From positions 100,851-164,850 of the forward strand of contig JACPBY010000001.1 in the NCBI GenBank assembly GCA_016180065.1: a stretch of DNA of 64,000 nt. The letters run 5' to 3'. Position numbers and translations under genes: made by a program. Under the pieces are notes generated by a model. The model worked only from the letters and a program-made list of their open reading frames with translations. It was not told where the DNA came from and did not search any database. Of this stretch, positions 17,272 through 25,741 are shown piece by piece (positions within the stretch are counted from its first letter, which is position 1; the number at the start of each line of letters is the position of its first letter). The stretch is from Candidatus Woesearchaeota archaeon. Its GTDB lineage: Archaea > Nanobdellota > Nanobdellia > Woesearchaeales > UBA10216.

Positions 17272-17715
17272 CTAAGGGCTTATCTGCGAATTCTTCATGG
17301 TGTTAAGCACAAGCACTGTATTGGTGCCTTCGACAAACTCATAAGTCTGAATTTTCTTCAAAAAAGCATCAAGGCCCCTCCTGTTCCTGAACTTCGCGAT
17401 GACAACGCTGTCAAAGTCCCCGGTAACGTCAAAGACGGCAGCAACGGAAGGATGGTGGGCAATCTTCTTTTCAACCTCAAACAGCTTCCCCTTGGATATC
17501 TTCATGTTTATAATTGCATCAATATCGTAGCCAAGCTTTTCATAATCGAGCACGGCAGTATATCCCCTGATTACCCCGGCCTTCTCAAGCTTCCTGGAGC
17601 GGTTAATGACTGTTGCCACAGAAACGCCAATCGCAGAGGCAATCCGCCTGTAAGACAAGCGGGAGTCTGCAAGCAGGACATCCAGCAGCTTCCTATCCGT
17701 TTCGTCGATTGCCAT
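17272..17715 (-). CDS. Lrp/AsnC family transcriptional regulator
   Basis: DETDRKLLDVLLADSRLSYRRIASAIGVSVATVINRSRKLEKAGVIRGY forms the HTH, followed by an RAM/ACT-like C-terminal domain. Confidence 0.9.
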   Translation of the reverse strand: MAIDETDRKLLDVLLADSRLSYRRIASAIGVSVATVINRSRKLEKAGVIRGYTAVLDYEKLGYDIDAIINMKISKGKLFEVEKKIAHHPSVAAVFDVTGDFDSVVIAKFRNRRGLDAFLKKIQTYEFVEGTNTVLVLNTMKNSQISP

Positions 17716-17859
17716 CTTTCCAAACGTCAGCCTTTCTGATAATTTAAAGCAATTTTATTGACAAATATATAATTTTTTCCATAAAAAGCAAACATTTTCT
17801 TTAATAAAAGCCGGAAAACTATAAATAACCACAAATCAAACCCTTCCTGGTGAATAAAA

Positions 17860-17997
17860 ATGGAAAACAGCTACGAATACCATGAGGATGGGGGAGGAGA
17901 CTTTTACGAAAGCTTCGAGATGGAGCTGGAAGAAGATGAGATAACCACGGCAGAAGAAGGCTTCATGATTGGATTTGTCGGGCTTGAGGAAGACTGA
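17860..17997 (+). CDS. small highly acidic protein (45 aa), hypothetical
   Basis: My translation is MENSYEYHEDGGGDFYESFEMELEEDEITTAEEGFMIGFVGLEED. A TATA-like aactataaataacc lies about 35 nt upstream. It is not in the track. Confidence 0.3.
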   Translation: MENSYEYHEDGGGDFYESFEMELEEDEITTAEEGFMIGFVGLEED

Positions 17998-18001
17998 TGC
18001 G

Positions 18002-19585
18002 TTAGCTTTTCAGCTCAGGAAACGCCATCATGGAGTGCCTTGCCCTTTCTTTGGCTGCTGAGATGGATAAAGAAGCAAGGTCGTTCAGCAGCGGAATTTT
18101 TATGGGAATCGCGAACCTGGTGAAGGCACTGGTAACTATGGCTTCGCCCTTGTCAAGCGAGGCTATGTTCCGGTCATCTGTTGTGAGGTCCTGGGCCGCA
18201 GACTCTATGAGCGCTGACCTTTCAGGAGCCATCTCCATTCCAAGAATTATCTTCGTGTTGATGTTTGCAAGGACTTCTTTCGGGATAAGAGAAGGCAACT
18301 GGGTAATCGCGATAAGGCCGACCTTGAACTTTCTTCCTTCCCTGGCGATTGTCAGGAAGATATTTCCCCCCCGCTCAACCACTTCCCTGCCAAGCACCCT
18401 CGGCGCTTCTTCAACAACCATTGAGATGACCGGCTTCGAGTCCAGCAGGCCATCGCGCTTGTAGTGCCTGTACCTTCTAAGCGCTTCAGAGGCAAAAAGG
18501 CTTCCTATCAGCAGCTCAACCTGCCCAGAAAAGCTTGAAGTGTCTATTATGACGACCTTGCCGCCTTCAAGGCTGTCAAGAACATCGCTGATTGTGGAAA
18601 TGCCTGCCTCAACATCAAATATGCCGTTGCAGTAAATCTCATTGTCCCTGGCTTCAATGTCAAGCAGCGAGCAAAGCCGCCTTTTCAGGACAGCCAAGGT
18701 GCCTTCATGGAAGTTCGGGGCAGGCTCATCCTTAAGCACAGCCTCAATCCACCTGCTGCCATGCCTTTTGCTGTAGTAGCCAAGAGCCTCACGCTGCGCA
18801 TCAGACCAGCTGACAACACCATTGAAGTGCGACGGCCTCACATGCCTCAGGTTGATTTTCAGCGTTCTGGCGCCCTGCGGGGGGCTGTTTGGAGTATAAT
18901 ATATGACGCTGTCCCTCTCAGGATAGTCCTTTAGCCCGGTGCGGCTGCGGCCGTAATACTCATCATGGGGGTCAAGGACAAGGATTCCCGCATAGCCCCT
19001 GGATGCGAGGTCCCACAACATGCACGATGTCAGGTTTGACTTGCCCTTGCCTGTCTGGGCTGCAATCATTATGTGATGGGAAAGAGCCTTCTCGCCATCA
19101 ATCCTTATGTCAAAGTCAAGCACGCTGGAGCCTGAGCGCACCTTCCCAAGCAGCAGCGGGGCAGCAGGCTTGGAAAGGAAGGAAAGATCATCAGGAGAAA
19201 CCGCCCTGACCTGTGAGAAGAAAGCAGGAAGGGACTTGCAGACCCTTGCTTCCTTCCCGGTAATAGCCAGCAGAGGCTTCAGGAACGCGAGGGTATAGCT
19301 CCTCAGGCCCTTGTCAAGGAACTCAAGCTCCGCATCACCCTCCAGCTTTACGCCAGAGATAAGCTCAAGGCTCTGCTGCGAGAGCTGCGAGCCGTAACTG
19401 AGGTCAAACACCTGAAGCAGAATCCTGCCTTCAGAAGTATCAGATATTAAAAGCTCGCCAATCTCAAGCCTGGCACCGGACTTCTGCCTCACAACAACGC
19501 CAGAGAACCCGCCTGAAATAACCTGGCCAACCACGCCTAAATGACCTGCGCTGCTGCCATCTGTATGCTCCCATTCGTTTGCCAT
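18002..19585 (-). CDS. HerA-like (DUF87) P-loop ATPase with an N-terminal HAS-barrel
   Basis: Walker A is [10 protein letters not shown]. The N-terminal barrel-like region is [29 protein letters not shown]. The length is 527 aa. Confidence 0.8.
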   Translation of the reverse strand: MANEWEHTDGSSAGHLGVVGQVISGGFSGVVVRQKSGARLEIGELLISDTSEGRILLQVFDLSYGSQLSQQSLELISGVKLEGDAELEFLDKGLRSYTLAFLKPLLAITGKEARVCKSLPAFFSQVRAVSPDDLSFLSKPAAPLLLGKVRSGSSVLDFDIRIDGEKALSHHIMIAAQTGKGKSNLTSCMLWDLASRGYAGILVLDPHDEYYGRSRTGLKDYPERDSVIYYTPNSPPQGARTLKINLRHVRPSHFNGVVSWSDAQREALGYYSKRHGSRWIEAVLKDEPAPNFHEGTLAVLKRRLCSLLDIEARDNEIYCNGIFDVEAGISTISDVLDSLEGGKVVIIDTSSFSGQVELLIGSLFASEALRRYRHYKRDGLLDSKPVISMVVEEAPRVLGREVVERGGNIFLTIAREGRKFKVGLIAITQLPSLIPKEVLANINTKIILGMEMAPERSALIESAAQDLTTDDRNIASLDKGEAIVTSAFTRFAIPIKIPLLNDLASLSISAAKERARHSMMAFPELKS

Positions 19586-19607
19586 AATGCCCGGTTACGT
19601 GAAAACG

Positions 19608-19619
19608 TTTAAAAATATT
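19608..19619. promoter_or_regulatory. shared AT-rich TATA-like box between divergent genes
   Basis: tttaaaaatatt lies about 25-35 nt from both the ATG at 19585 (-) and the ATG at 19653 (+). Confidence 0.35.
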
Positions 19620-19652
19620 CACACATGCCATCAGAAAAGGTAAGAACCTGGC

Positions 19653-20153
19653 ATGAGCACCCCAACCAAGGCAACAACAGATGCGGCAGCATTTAACTAC
19701 CTGAAGGAATGGGCTACAACATACTCCCGGCACAGGGATATCCCCCTTAAAAAAATCAGGGATATAAAAGACACGCAGAATGGCTTCCAAATCATCAATA
19801 AAGACGGCACATCAGCGGACTGTGTAATCCTTCCTTCCCTCAAAAATGCGCTCCACCCGGCTGAAACCCGTGGGCAGCGGGTTATAGTGACGCTGAGCAA
19901 CATCGAGAACATTAAAGAAGTATGCAAGGCATGGGATGCCATGGCAGCAGACAGAACACTGCTCATCATTTTTGCCAACCCCCTGTCAGAAGCAGAGGAT
20001 AGGTGGGTGCTGAAGCCGCACCTCCACAACAAGGTGTGCGACACAGCATCCCTCACGCAGGGGCTTAAGGCCATGTCGGAGTTTGTTGAGCCAATCGATG
20101 AGGAAACGCTTACGCTCAGGATAGGGGCAATCAGGGCTGCTGAAGTGCAATAA
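19653..20153 (+). CDS. hypothetical protein (166 aa)
   Basis: Clean ORF with an upstream TATA-like box. I recognise no motif. Confidence 0.55.
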   Translation: MSTPTKATTDAAAFNYLKEWATTYSRHRDIPLKKIRDIKDTQNGFQIINKDGTSADCVILPSLKNALHPAETRGQRVIVTLSNIENIKEVCKAWDAMAADRTLLIIFANPLSEAEDRWVLKPHLHNKVCDTASLTQGLKAMSEFVEPIDEETLTLRIGAIRAAEVQ

Positions 20154-20198
20154 AAATATATAGCTGGGTTTGATAATTTGCAATTATGCGTGTAAAAT

Positions 20199-20361
20199 CT
20201 GATTTTCCACCAATCTCTGATTGGTGGTATCTGTTTGTGGAAAATCAGGCTCTGAGCAAACCGACCCGAGCGAAGCGAGCATGCAAATCGGCAGCAGCCG
20301 ATTGCACATTCCGCAATGCGGAATTGCGCCACCGGTCTTTGACCGGTGGTGGTCGGTTTGC
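20199..20361 (+). other. cluster of strong hairpins: a 12-bp stem-loop followed by a 106-nt four-helix element
   Basis: ctgattttccac (20199-20210) pairs with gtggaaaatcag (20237-20248). gcaaaccgacc (20256-20266) pairs with ggtcggtttgc (20351-20361) and encloses three hairpins. The strand is not determined. Confidence 0.4.
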
Positions 20362-22057
20362 GATTGACAAAGCGTGTAACAAAAATTTTTCTCCTGTTTC
20401 CCCCGCATCCTTAGCTGCAGCAGTTTTCCTGGCGCTTCTTTTTTTAGCAACCGCTTCACTGCCCGTTCTTGCAGACCAGGCAATATTCGACGGCACTGTG
20501 GTTTCAGGCCGTCAATACAACACCAGCACAGGCCAGGCGTTCACAGCAACATATGTGCAGTCAGAAGCCAAGCTGCTGGTTGAGTTCCCGAGCGAGGCGC
20601 TCGTAATAAAAAACCAGAGCTGCACCATGGGAAAAAGCCTGAAAGGATGCCTGAGCGAGATAAAGTTCAAAGGCTACAATTATTCCCTGCCTGACAAGGA
20701 AGTTTACGACGTCCGCCTGACTCTGAGCTTATTTGTGCCTGAGATTGAAATTGCAAAATACGTGGAGAAGCCAACGATTGATGTTGGCGAGGAAACCACG
20801 GTGTATGTCAACATAACAAACACAGGAAGCGCAGCAGCCACGGTCCATTTCACGGAGAACGTGTCTTCAGGCCTTAAAGCCATTGAGATGCCAGGCCAAC
20901 GCTGCCAGCTTTCCGCGGGCAATACCCTTGTGCTTACCACCGACTTGACTGTAAAAGAGCAGAGGCAGTGTAACTATCTTGTTTCAGCCCTCGAGCCGGG
21001 CACTTACTCCCTGAAATCCACAGCAGCATTCGCTGCGGTTACTCCAAGAGAAACGGCGGCATCTGCGGCAATAAGCGTAAATGCCCTGCCGATGCTCATG
21101 AATGCAACATACCTGCAAAACATTCCCCTTGGTGAAAAAGTAAACCTAACCTTCACGCTAAAATCCGGCGAAAAGATAGACGCACTCTCTTTCGCGGCAT
21201 TTATCCCGAACCCGCTCAAAATTACATCATTCGGTGGGATTGCAGAGCAGGAAAAACAGCCCGGCGGGTCAAAATTAAAATACGGCAACAGGTTCACAAG
21301 CCTGAACGGAAGCATTGACCTGCCATTCACATCAGAAGCAGTAAGCGTTGGAGAATTCTACATAAATGCCGATGCAAGCTGGCTGCTTGGAGAGCTGAAG
21401 CAAAAAGCAAGCCTTGCTTTTCCCGTAAACATAACACTAACAAAGCCTTACCTCAGGGCGGGCAGGTATGATAACCAAACAGGACTGTTAGATGTGGACA
21501 TCGTGAACCCGTCGCACCTTCCGCTCTACAATGTTTCCGTGGCCTTAAACAGCTTTGGAAACGCTACCGGAAAGCCAATCAATGTTGAAGTAATAAGCAG
21601 CCTGAGCCATGCAAGCTTTGAAGCAGCACTGGCAACAGCAGGAAACACATCTTACAATGGCTCAATACGCTACTACACGCCATACAGGCAGGAACTCACC
21701 GCAACCGCAACGCTGCCAATAAACGCCTCGCAGGCAATCCGGAAGGAAGAAGAGCCAGCAAAGCCAGCCCAGCCAACTGCCGAAGCACCTCACATAAACA
21801 CTCAGCCTTTACCGACCTCTTCAGAAAGCGAACCAGCAGCATCTGAACAGCAGAACATCTACGAGCAACCACAAAGAAAAAGCACAGCATCTTCCCAGAT
21901 AAAGCTGGCTGCCGTGATAGCAGGGGCAATAGTGCTCCTGATTATGGCTTTCGCGCTCATAAAGTCAAGGGGCAAAGGCGGCACCGGTCACGAAGGGGCA
22001 CAGGAAGAGCCAACAGGCGCTGAAAGCGAAACAGAAAACACTTATGGCCCAGCATGA
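20339..22057 (+). CDS. surface protein with repeated beta-sandwich (CARDB/DUF11-like) domains, an N-terminal signal peptide and a C-terminal TM anchor
   Basis: The signal-like stretch is SLAAAVFLALLFLATASLPVLADQ. A typical domain motif is VGEETTVYVNITNTGSAAATVHF. The C-terminal anchor is LAAVIAGAIVLLIMAFALIKSRGKGG. The track start at 20186 would translate through the hairpin cluster, so I use the in-frame TTG at 20339. The start remains uncertain. Confidence 0.7.
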   Translation: MTGGGRFAIDKACNKNFSPVSPASLAAAVFLALLFLATASLPVLADQAIFDGTVVSGRQYNTSTGQAFTATYVQSEAKLLVEFPSEALVIKNQSCTMGKSLKGCLSEIKFKGYNYSLPDKEVYDVRLTLSLFVPEIEIAKYVEKPTIDVGEETTVYVNITNTGSAAATVHFTENVSSGLKAIEMPGQRCQLSAGNTLVLTTDLTVKEQRQCNYLVSALEPGTYSLKSTAAFAAVTPRETAASAAISVNALPMLMNATYLQNIPLGEKVNLTFTLKSGEKIDALSFAAFIPNPLKITSFGGIAEQEKQPGGSKLKYGNRFTSLNGSIDLPFTSEAVSVGEFYINADASWLLGELKQKASLAFPVNITLTKPYLRAGRYDNQTGLLDVDIVNPSHLPLYNVSVALNSFGNATGKPINVEVISSLSHASFEAALATAGNTSYNGSIRYYTPYRQELTATATLPINASQAIRKEEEPAKPAQPTAEAPHINTQPLPTSSESEPAASEQQNIYEQPQRKSTASSQIKLAAVIAGAIVLLIMAFALIKSRGKGGTGHEGAQEEPTGAESETENTYGPA

Positions 22058-22146
22058 CCTTTTGTTTCGCTGCGGCTCAACAAAAGCTCAACCAAAATCA
22101 ACAAGAGCTTGACAAAAGAAGCCAGGGCATAGCAGACGAAACTCAC

Positions 22147-22878
22147 CTATTCCTTGCCTTTGGCTGTCACTTTGGACTTTGCCTTTGCAACAAGCTTGTG
22201 AAACAAGCCCTTTCTCTTCTCTTTTGTGAGCTTGTCAATATCCTCTGCAGCCTGCCTGACATAATTAATGCCGCGCTCGGCAAACCTCCAGTTAGTAACA
22301 GAATCATCAAAATCAGCAATCCTGCCAGGGGCATAGCCCTGCACATAAGCCAACCCTGCATCAACCTCAAGATATGCCACGTTCTCAATCCTGTACCTCA
22401 AAGGCATACTTGGATGCTCAGCAGCATAGCCAAGCGTAAGAATGCCCATGGGCCGCTCGCCTCCCCGCATCAGCACTATCTGCCCAACTCTCTCCTCATT
22501 TATGGCACTGACAAAGCAGCTTCCCAACCCAAGGGCATGGGCTGCAAGCATCATCTGCATGGCAGCCATGGCGCAGTCCTGGACAGCGTAAAGGTCCTTC
22601 CCTCTCTGGCCGAAAAAACGCTCATGCTTGTTCAAAACACCCAGAATCACTATATGGACCGGAGCCTGCTCCATCCAGTACTGCTGCGCAGATGCCTCAG
22701 CAAGAGCCTTCCTTTTCTCAGCGCTCCTGACGACGATAAACTTCCAGGTCTGAAGGTTGCCAGAAGACGGGGCAATCCTCCCTGCATCTACAACGCTGCC
22801 AACCTTATCCCACTCAACAGGCAGGTCAAGATACTTCCTGATGCTCCTCCTGTCCCGCATAGCCTCAAAAACATCCAA
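22147..22878 (-). CDS. nitroreductase family protein with a Lys-rich C-terminal tail
   Basis: (L)DVFEAMRDRRSIRKYL...SSGNLQTWKFIVV is a typical nitroreductase N-terminus. The track ORF extends to 22995. The likely start is the TTG at 22878 or the ATG at 22860, downstream of tttattaa. Confidence 0.75.
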   Translation of the reverse strand: MDVFEAMRDRRSIRKYLDLPVEWDKVGSVVDAGRIAPSSGNLQTWKFIVVRSAEKRKALAEASAQQYWMEQAPVHIVILGVLNKHERFFGQRGKDLYAVQDCAMAAMQMMLAAHALGLGSCFVSAINEERVGQIVLMRGGERPMGILTLGYAAEHPSMPLRYRIENVAYLEVDAGLAYVQGYAPGRIADFDDSVTNWRFAERGINYVRQAAEDIDKLTKEKRKGLFHKLVAKAKSKVTAKGKE

Positions 22879-23049
22879 CTTAGCAGCCTCTTTTACACCT
22901 GATTCTGGCAGTGAGGTTAATAAACTTAACGCACAGTCAACCCTCCCTGCATATCCTTCCCAAATACGCCCTATGACTCTTCTCAATCTCCGCAAACGCG
23001 CTCAGGCGAGAATGGGAGTAGACGGACATGGCTTATTTCACCAACTGCT

Positions 23050-23475
23050 TTAGCCTGGGGTAAACTCATTAATGAACTGCAAAACTTTTTCTGCGTATTC
23101 CGCGTCGAGAGAAGTTCCATAATGAAGTATTCCGTTTCTGAAATACCTGAGTTGGTCTGCAAACTGAACCTCTTTTTCAACGAAGCCCAGTATCCGAAGA
23201 TGAGATACCTCAGCTTCATGCGCTCCCTGCCCGCTTGCGCAATAGCCTTCCAGATATAATTCTGCCCGCACCAAGTTCATCATAAGGTCATAGCAGTATT
23301 CAACATAGTCGTTGGCATTTTCATTCTTAATGCCTATTTTTTCCAATCTCTCTTTTAAAGAGGCCATTTTTCTTTCTGATTCAATGAGCAAGCTTTTTGC
23401 CCGTTCCTTATTTGCCTTGATTCGCTTAACAACACCTTCCCGGACGTATTCCTTGAACAGCTTCAAATTTCTCAT
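23050..23475 (-). CDS. HEPN domain toxin-like protein
   Basis: It contains the R-x4-H motif (RNGILH). It overlaps the upstream nucleotidyltransferase gene by 4 nt. Confidence 0.75.
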   Translation of the reverse strand: MRNLKLFKEYVREGVVKRIKANKERAKSLLIESERKMASLKERLEKIGIKNENANDYVEYCYDLMMNLVRAELYLEGYCASGQGAHEAEVSHLRILGFVEKEVQFADQLRYFRNGILHYGTSLDAEYAEKVLQFINEFTPG

Positions 23476-24011
23476 AATTCAACGCTCCCGTGCAACAAGA
23501 TGCCGTTCAAAATGTTGTTCTTTAAATGTTGATTGATGTCTTTCCATGAACTGTAGAAATTTACGCTGATTTTTCTGTTTAAAATTTTCTCATATTCTTC
23601 GAGATGCAGCATTTTATCTTTTCTCTCTATGACGGCAACGTCTATATCCGAAGCGTTTGTATCCTCCCCAAGCGAATAGCTCCCGAACAGTATTATTGTG
23701 CCGCCTGCCAACTCAGTTTCCAAGTAGTCTGATAATCCTGAGACATAAATGCTTTTCAAATTTTCCGCCCTTTTAAGCTCTACGGCTTTGGGATTATCCC
23801 TGTTAAAAGAAACAAAGTTGATTGTCTTTGTTTTTTCAACTTTCGCAAGATTGCTGTCTTTTAGCTTCTTCAGGGAATTGGCAACAGCAGTGGGAGACAC
23901 CTTCAGTATCTTCGCTATCTCCCTCTGGCTAAGCTTCTCCCCCGCCCTACTGCACAACAGCGAGAATACCCTTGCCTGAAGCGTCGTCCATTTTACTTTA
24001 TATAAGTCCAT
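23472..24011 (-). CDS. winged-HTH fused to a minimal nucleotidyltransferase (MNT) antitoxin-like protein
   Basis: The NTase motif is LFGSYSLGEDTNASDIDVAV. The N-terminal region LSQREIAKILKVSPTAVANSLKKL is HTH-like. Confidence 0.75.
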   Translation of the reverse strand: MDLYKVKWTTLQARVFSLLCSRAGEKLSQREIAKILKVSPTAVANSLKKLKDSNLAKVEKTKTINFVSFNRDNPKAVELKRAENLKSIYVSGLSDYLETELAGGTIILFGSYSLGEDTNASDIDVAVIERKDKMLHLEEYEKILNRKISVNFYSSWKDINQHLKNNILNGILLHGSVEL

Positions 24012-24469
24012 TTTACTTTATTCATATAAAATCAAGTTTATATACCTTTCGGTTTTTCCCGGCTGCCGGGGCAGTGCATCATACCTTTTTAATTTTGGCA
24101 AAGAATAGCACGGAAGAATACGCTTCATAGATGTTAAACTTATTTTTAAAAGGTTTTCGCATATCTTTACTTAACTCCCAATGACAATACCGGTTGGGTT
24201 CAGGCTCAAATTTGTTCTTTATTTCATCCGGTGGATAATGTCAATTTAAGTGGGAATGCCGGTCGTGGTCTTGCAGACTTTGCTAGCCTCCCCTATGGTA
24301 AGCGAGGGGAGGAGAAGAGAAATTGGCTGGAAGCCAACTGCAACTGGCACCGAACCGGTACGGCAGCCACTCACGAAATGACGTTTTATAGGATGAAGCC
24401 GCCATTCAACAACCTATTTATATAGTTGCTGCGAATAAAATCACAACACCAAAAAGAGGCTTTGCTGAA

Positions 24470-25012
24470 ATGACTGTCTTAGACGGCAGCTTTAAAGAGA
24501 TTCTATCCTCAGAAATGGTTGCCAGGCTCGGAGGAATCCTTGCGGGAGCCCTGCTGGTGATTTACACGGACAAGCTTCTGCTGATACCAGGCATGTTCGT
24601 GCTGCTGCCAGGCTTCCTGGAGATGAGGGGGAACATAAGCGGCTCCTTTGCATCAAGGCTCAGCTCCGGGCTGTTCCTTGGCGTCATAAAACCGAACAAG
24701 GCAAACACGAAAACAGTCAGGGGAAACGTGCTGGCCTCATTTTTTCTTGCGATAACTGTGTCGCTTGCACTCGGCCTCACAGTTTTCTTTTTCAATTACC
24801 TGCTGCTGAAGGAATTCAGGCCGGAAATAATCCTGCTCCCGCTGATTGCAGGAACAATAGCAAACGCCGTCGAAATCATCCTTACGCTGTTTGCGACTTT
24901 CTACATCTTCAGGAAAGGGCATGACCCGAACAACATAATGGGGCCGTTCATAACAACAACGGGAGATATCACAAGCATACTGGCATTGCTTATAGCACTG
25001 GCGATACTGTAA
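24470..25012 (+). CDS. MgtE-type divalent cation transporter membrane domain protein (180 aa)
   Basis: The pattern PGFLEMRGNISGSFASRLSS...DPNNIMGPFITTTGDITSIL matches the MgtE transmembrane domain. Confidence 0.7.
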   Translation: MTVLDGSFKEILSSEMVARLGGILAGALLVIYTDKLLLIPGMFVLLPGFLEMRGNISGSFASRLSSGLFLGVIKPNKANTKTVRGNVLASFFLAITVSLALGLTVFFFNYLLLKEFRPEIILLPLIAGTIANAVEIILTLFATFYIFRKGHDPNNIMGPFITTTGDITSILALLIALAIL

Positions 25013-25024
25013 CAGAGGCAAAAA

Positions 25025-25741
25025 ATGAAGCATATGTTGCATATAAGGAAGCAGCTGGAAAGGCTCAGTGCAGTAAAGAGGAAAAGCTACCACCCGCTGG
25101 TCCACCAGCTGCACAAGAAGCACAGGATATCGAAAAAAACCCTGTTCTACGTCAAGGAATATGGGCAGCACTCCAACGTGCCAAGGACAATCATCAAAGA
25201 GAGCATAAAAGTCATGCTTTTCGCATCAGTTTTAAGCTCACTTGGAGGGCTGGCAATAGAAAACATGAAAACAGCATTCATCTCAATCACTCCCCTGATT
25301 ATCCTGCTGCCGTCATTAAACGATATGATAGGCGATTTCGGGGCAATAATATCCTCAAGGTTCTCAACAATGCTGTATGAGCGCAAAATAAGGACCGCAG
25401 AGAGGTGGTGGAAAAACGCCGAGCTGAAAAAGCTGTTTGCGCAGGTGATTATAGTGGCGCTGGCAGCTGTTACCCTGACATCTGCCGCAGCCCTGATTTT
25501 TTCCAGCATACGGGCAGGCAGCTACAGGACAACCCCTGTTGTTGTTACAAAGATTTTCACAATAGCCCTGCTTGACGTTGTGCTGCTGGTGAGCCTGCTA
25601 TTCGTTGTGTCAGTGCTTGCAGGCATTTATCTCTACAGGAAAAAAGAAGACCCAAATAACTTCCTGATACCAATAACAACCTCTGTTGCAGACTTCGGGA
25701 ATATGATAATACTGGCAGGGCTTGTCGCGCTGCTGTTCTAA
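25025..25741 (+). CDS. MgtE-type divalent cation transporter membrane domain protein (238 aa), paralog of the preceding gene
   Basis: LNDMIGDFGAIISSRFSTML...DPNNFLIPITTSVADFGNMI shows the same architecture as 24470..25012. Confidence 0.7.
   Translation: MKHMLHIRKQLERLSAVKRKSYHPLVHQLHKKHRISKKTLFYVKEYGQHSNVPRTIIKESIKVMLFASVLSSLGGLAIENMKTAFISITPLIILLPSLNDMIGDFGAIISSRFSTMLYERKIRTAERWWKNAELKKLFAQVIIVALAAVTLTSAAALIFSSIRAGSYRTTPVVVTKIFTIALLDVVLLVSLLFVVSVLAGIYLYRKKEDPNNFLIPITTSVADFGNMIILAGLVALLF

Noticed and set aside
20186-20370. The hairpin cluster considered as an intron-containing or split tRNA, or as a MITE with 11-bp terminal inverted repeats.
   Set aside because: There is no T-loop or acceptor pairing on either strand. 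No target-site duplication flanks the 11-bp inverted repeats, and those repeats are not found at the other module copies.
22054-22902. 282-aa plus-strand ORF mirroring the 282-aa minus-strand ORF 22147..22995.
   Set aside because: The minus-strand frame carries the nitroreductase signature (RRSIRKY, SSGNLQTWKF). The plus frame has no motif and would overlap the stop of the upstream surface-protein gene, so I treat it as an antisense shadow.
24240-24360. The roughly 120-nt multi-helix region considered as a 5S rRNA or a known riboswitch.
   Set aside because: It lacks the conserved 5S loop sequences (the CCGAAC..GAAGTTAAGC and GGGAGTA-type motifs). I recognise no riboswitch core, so it is kept only as an unexplained structured gap.
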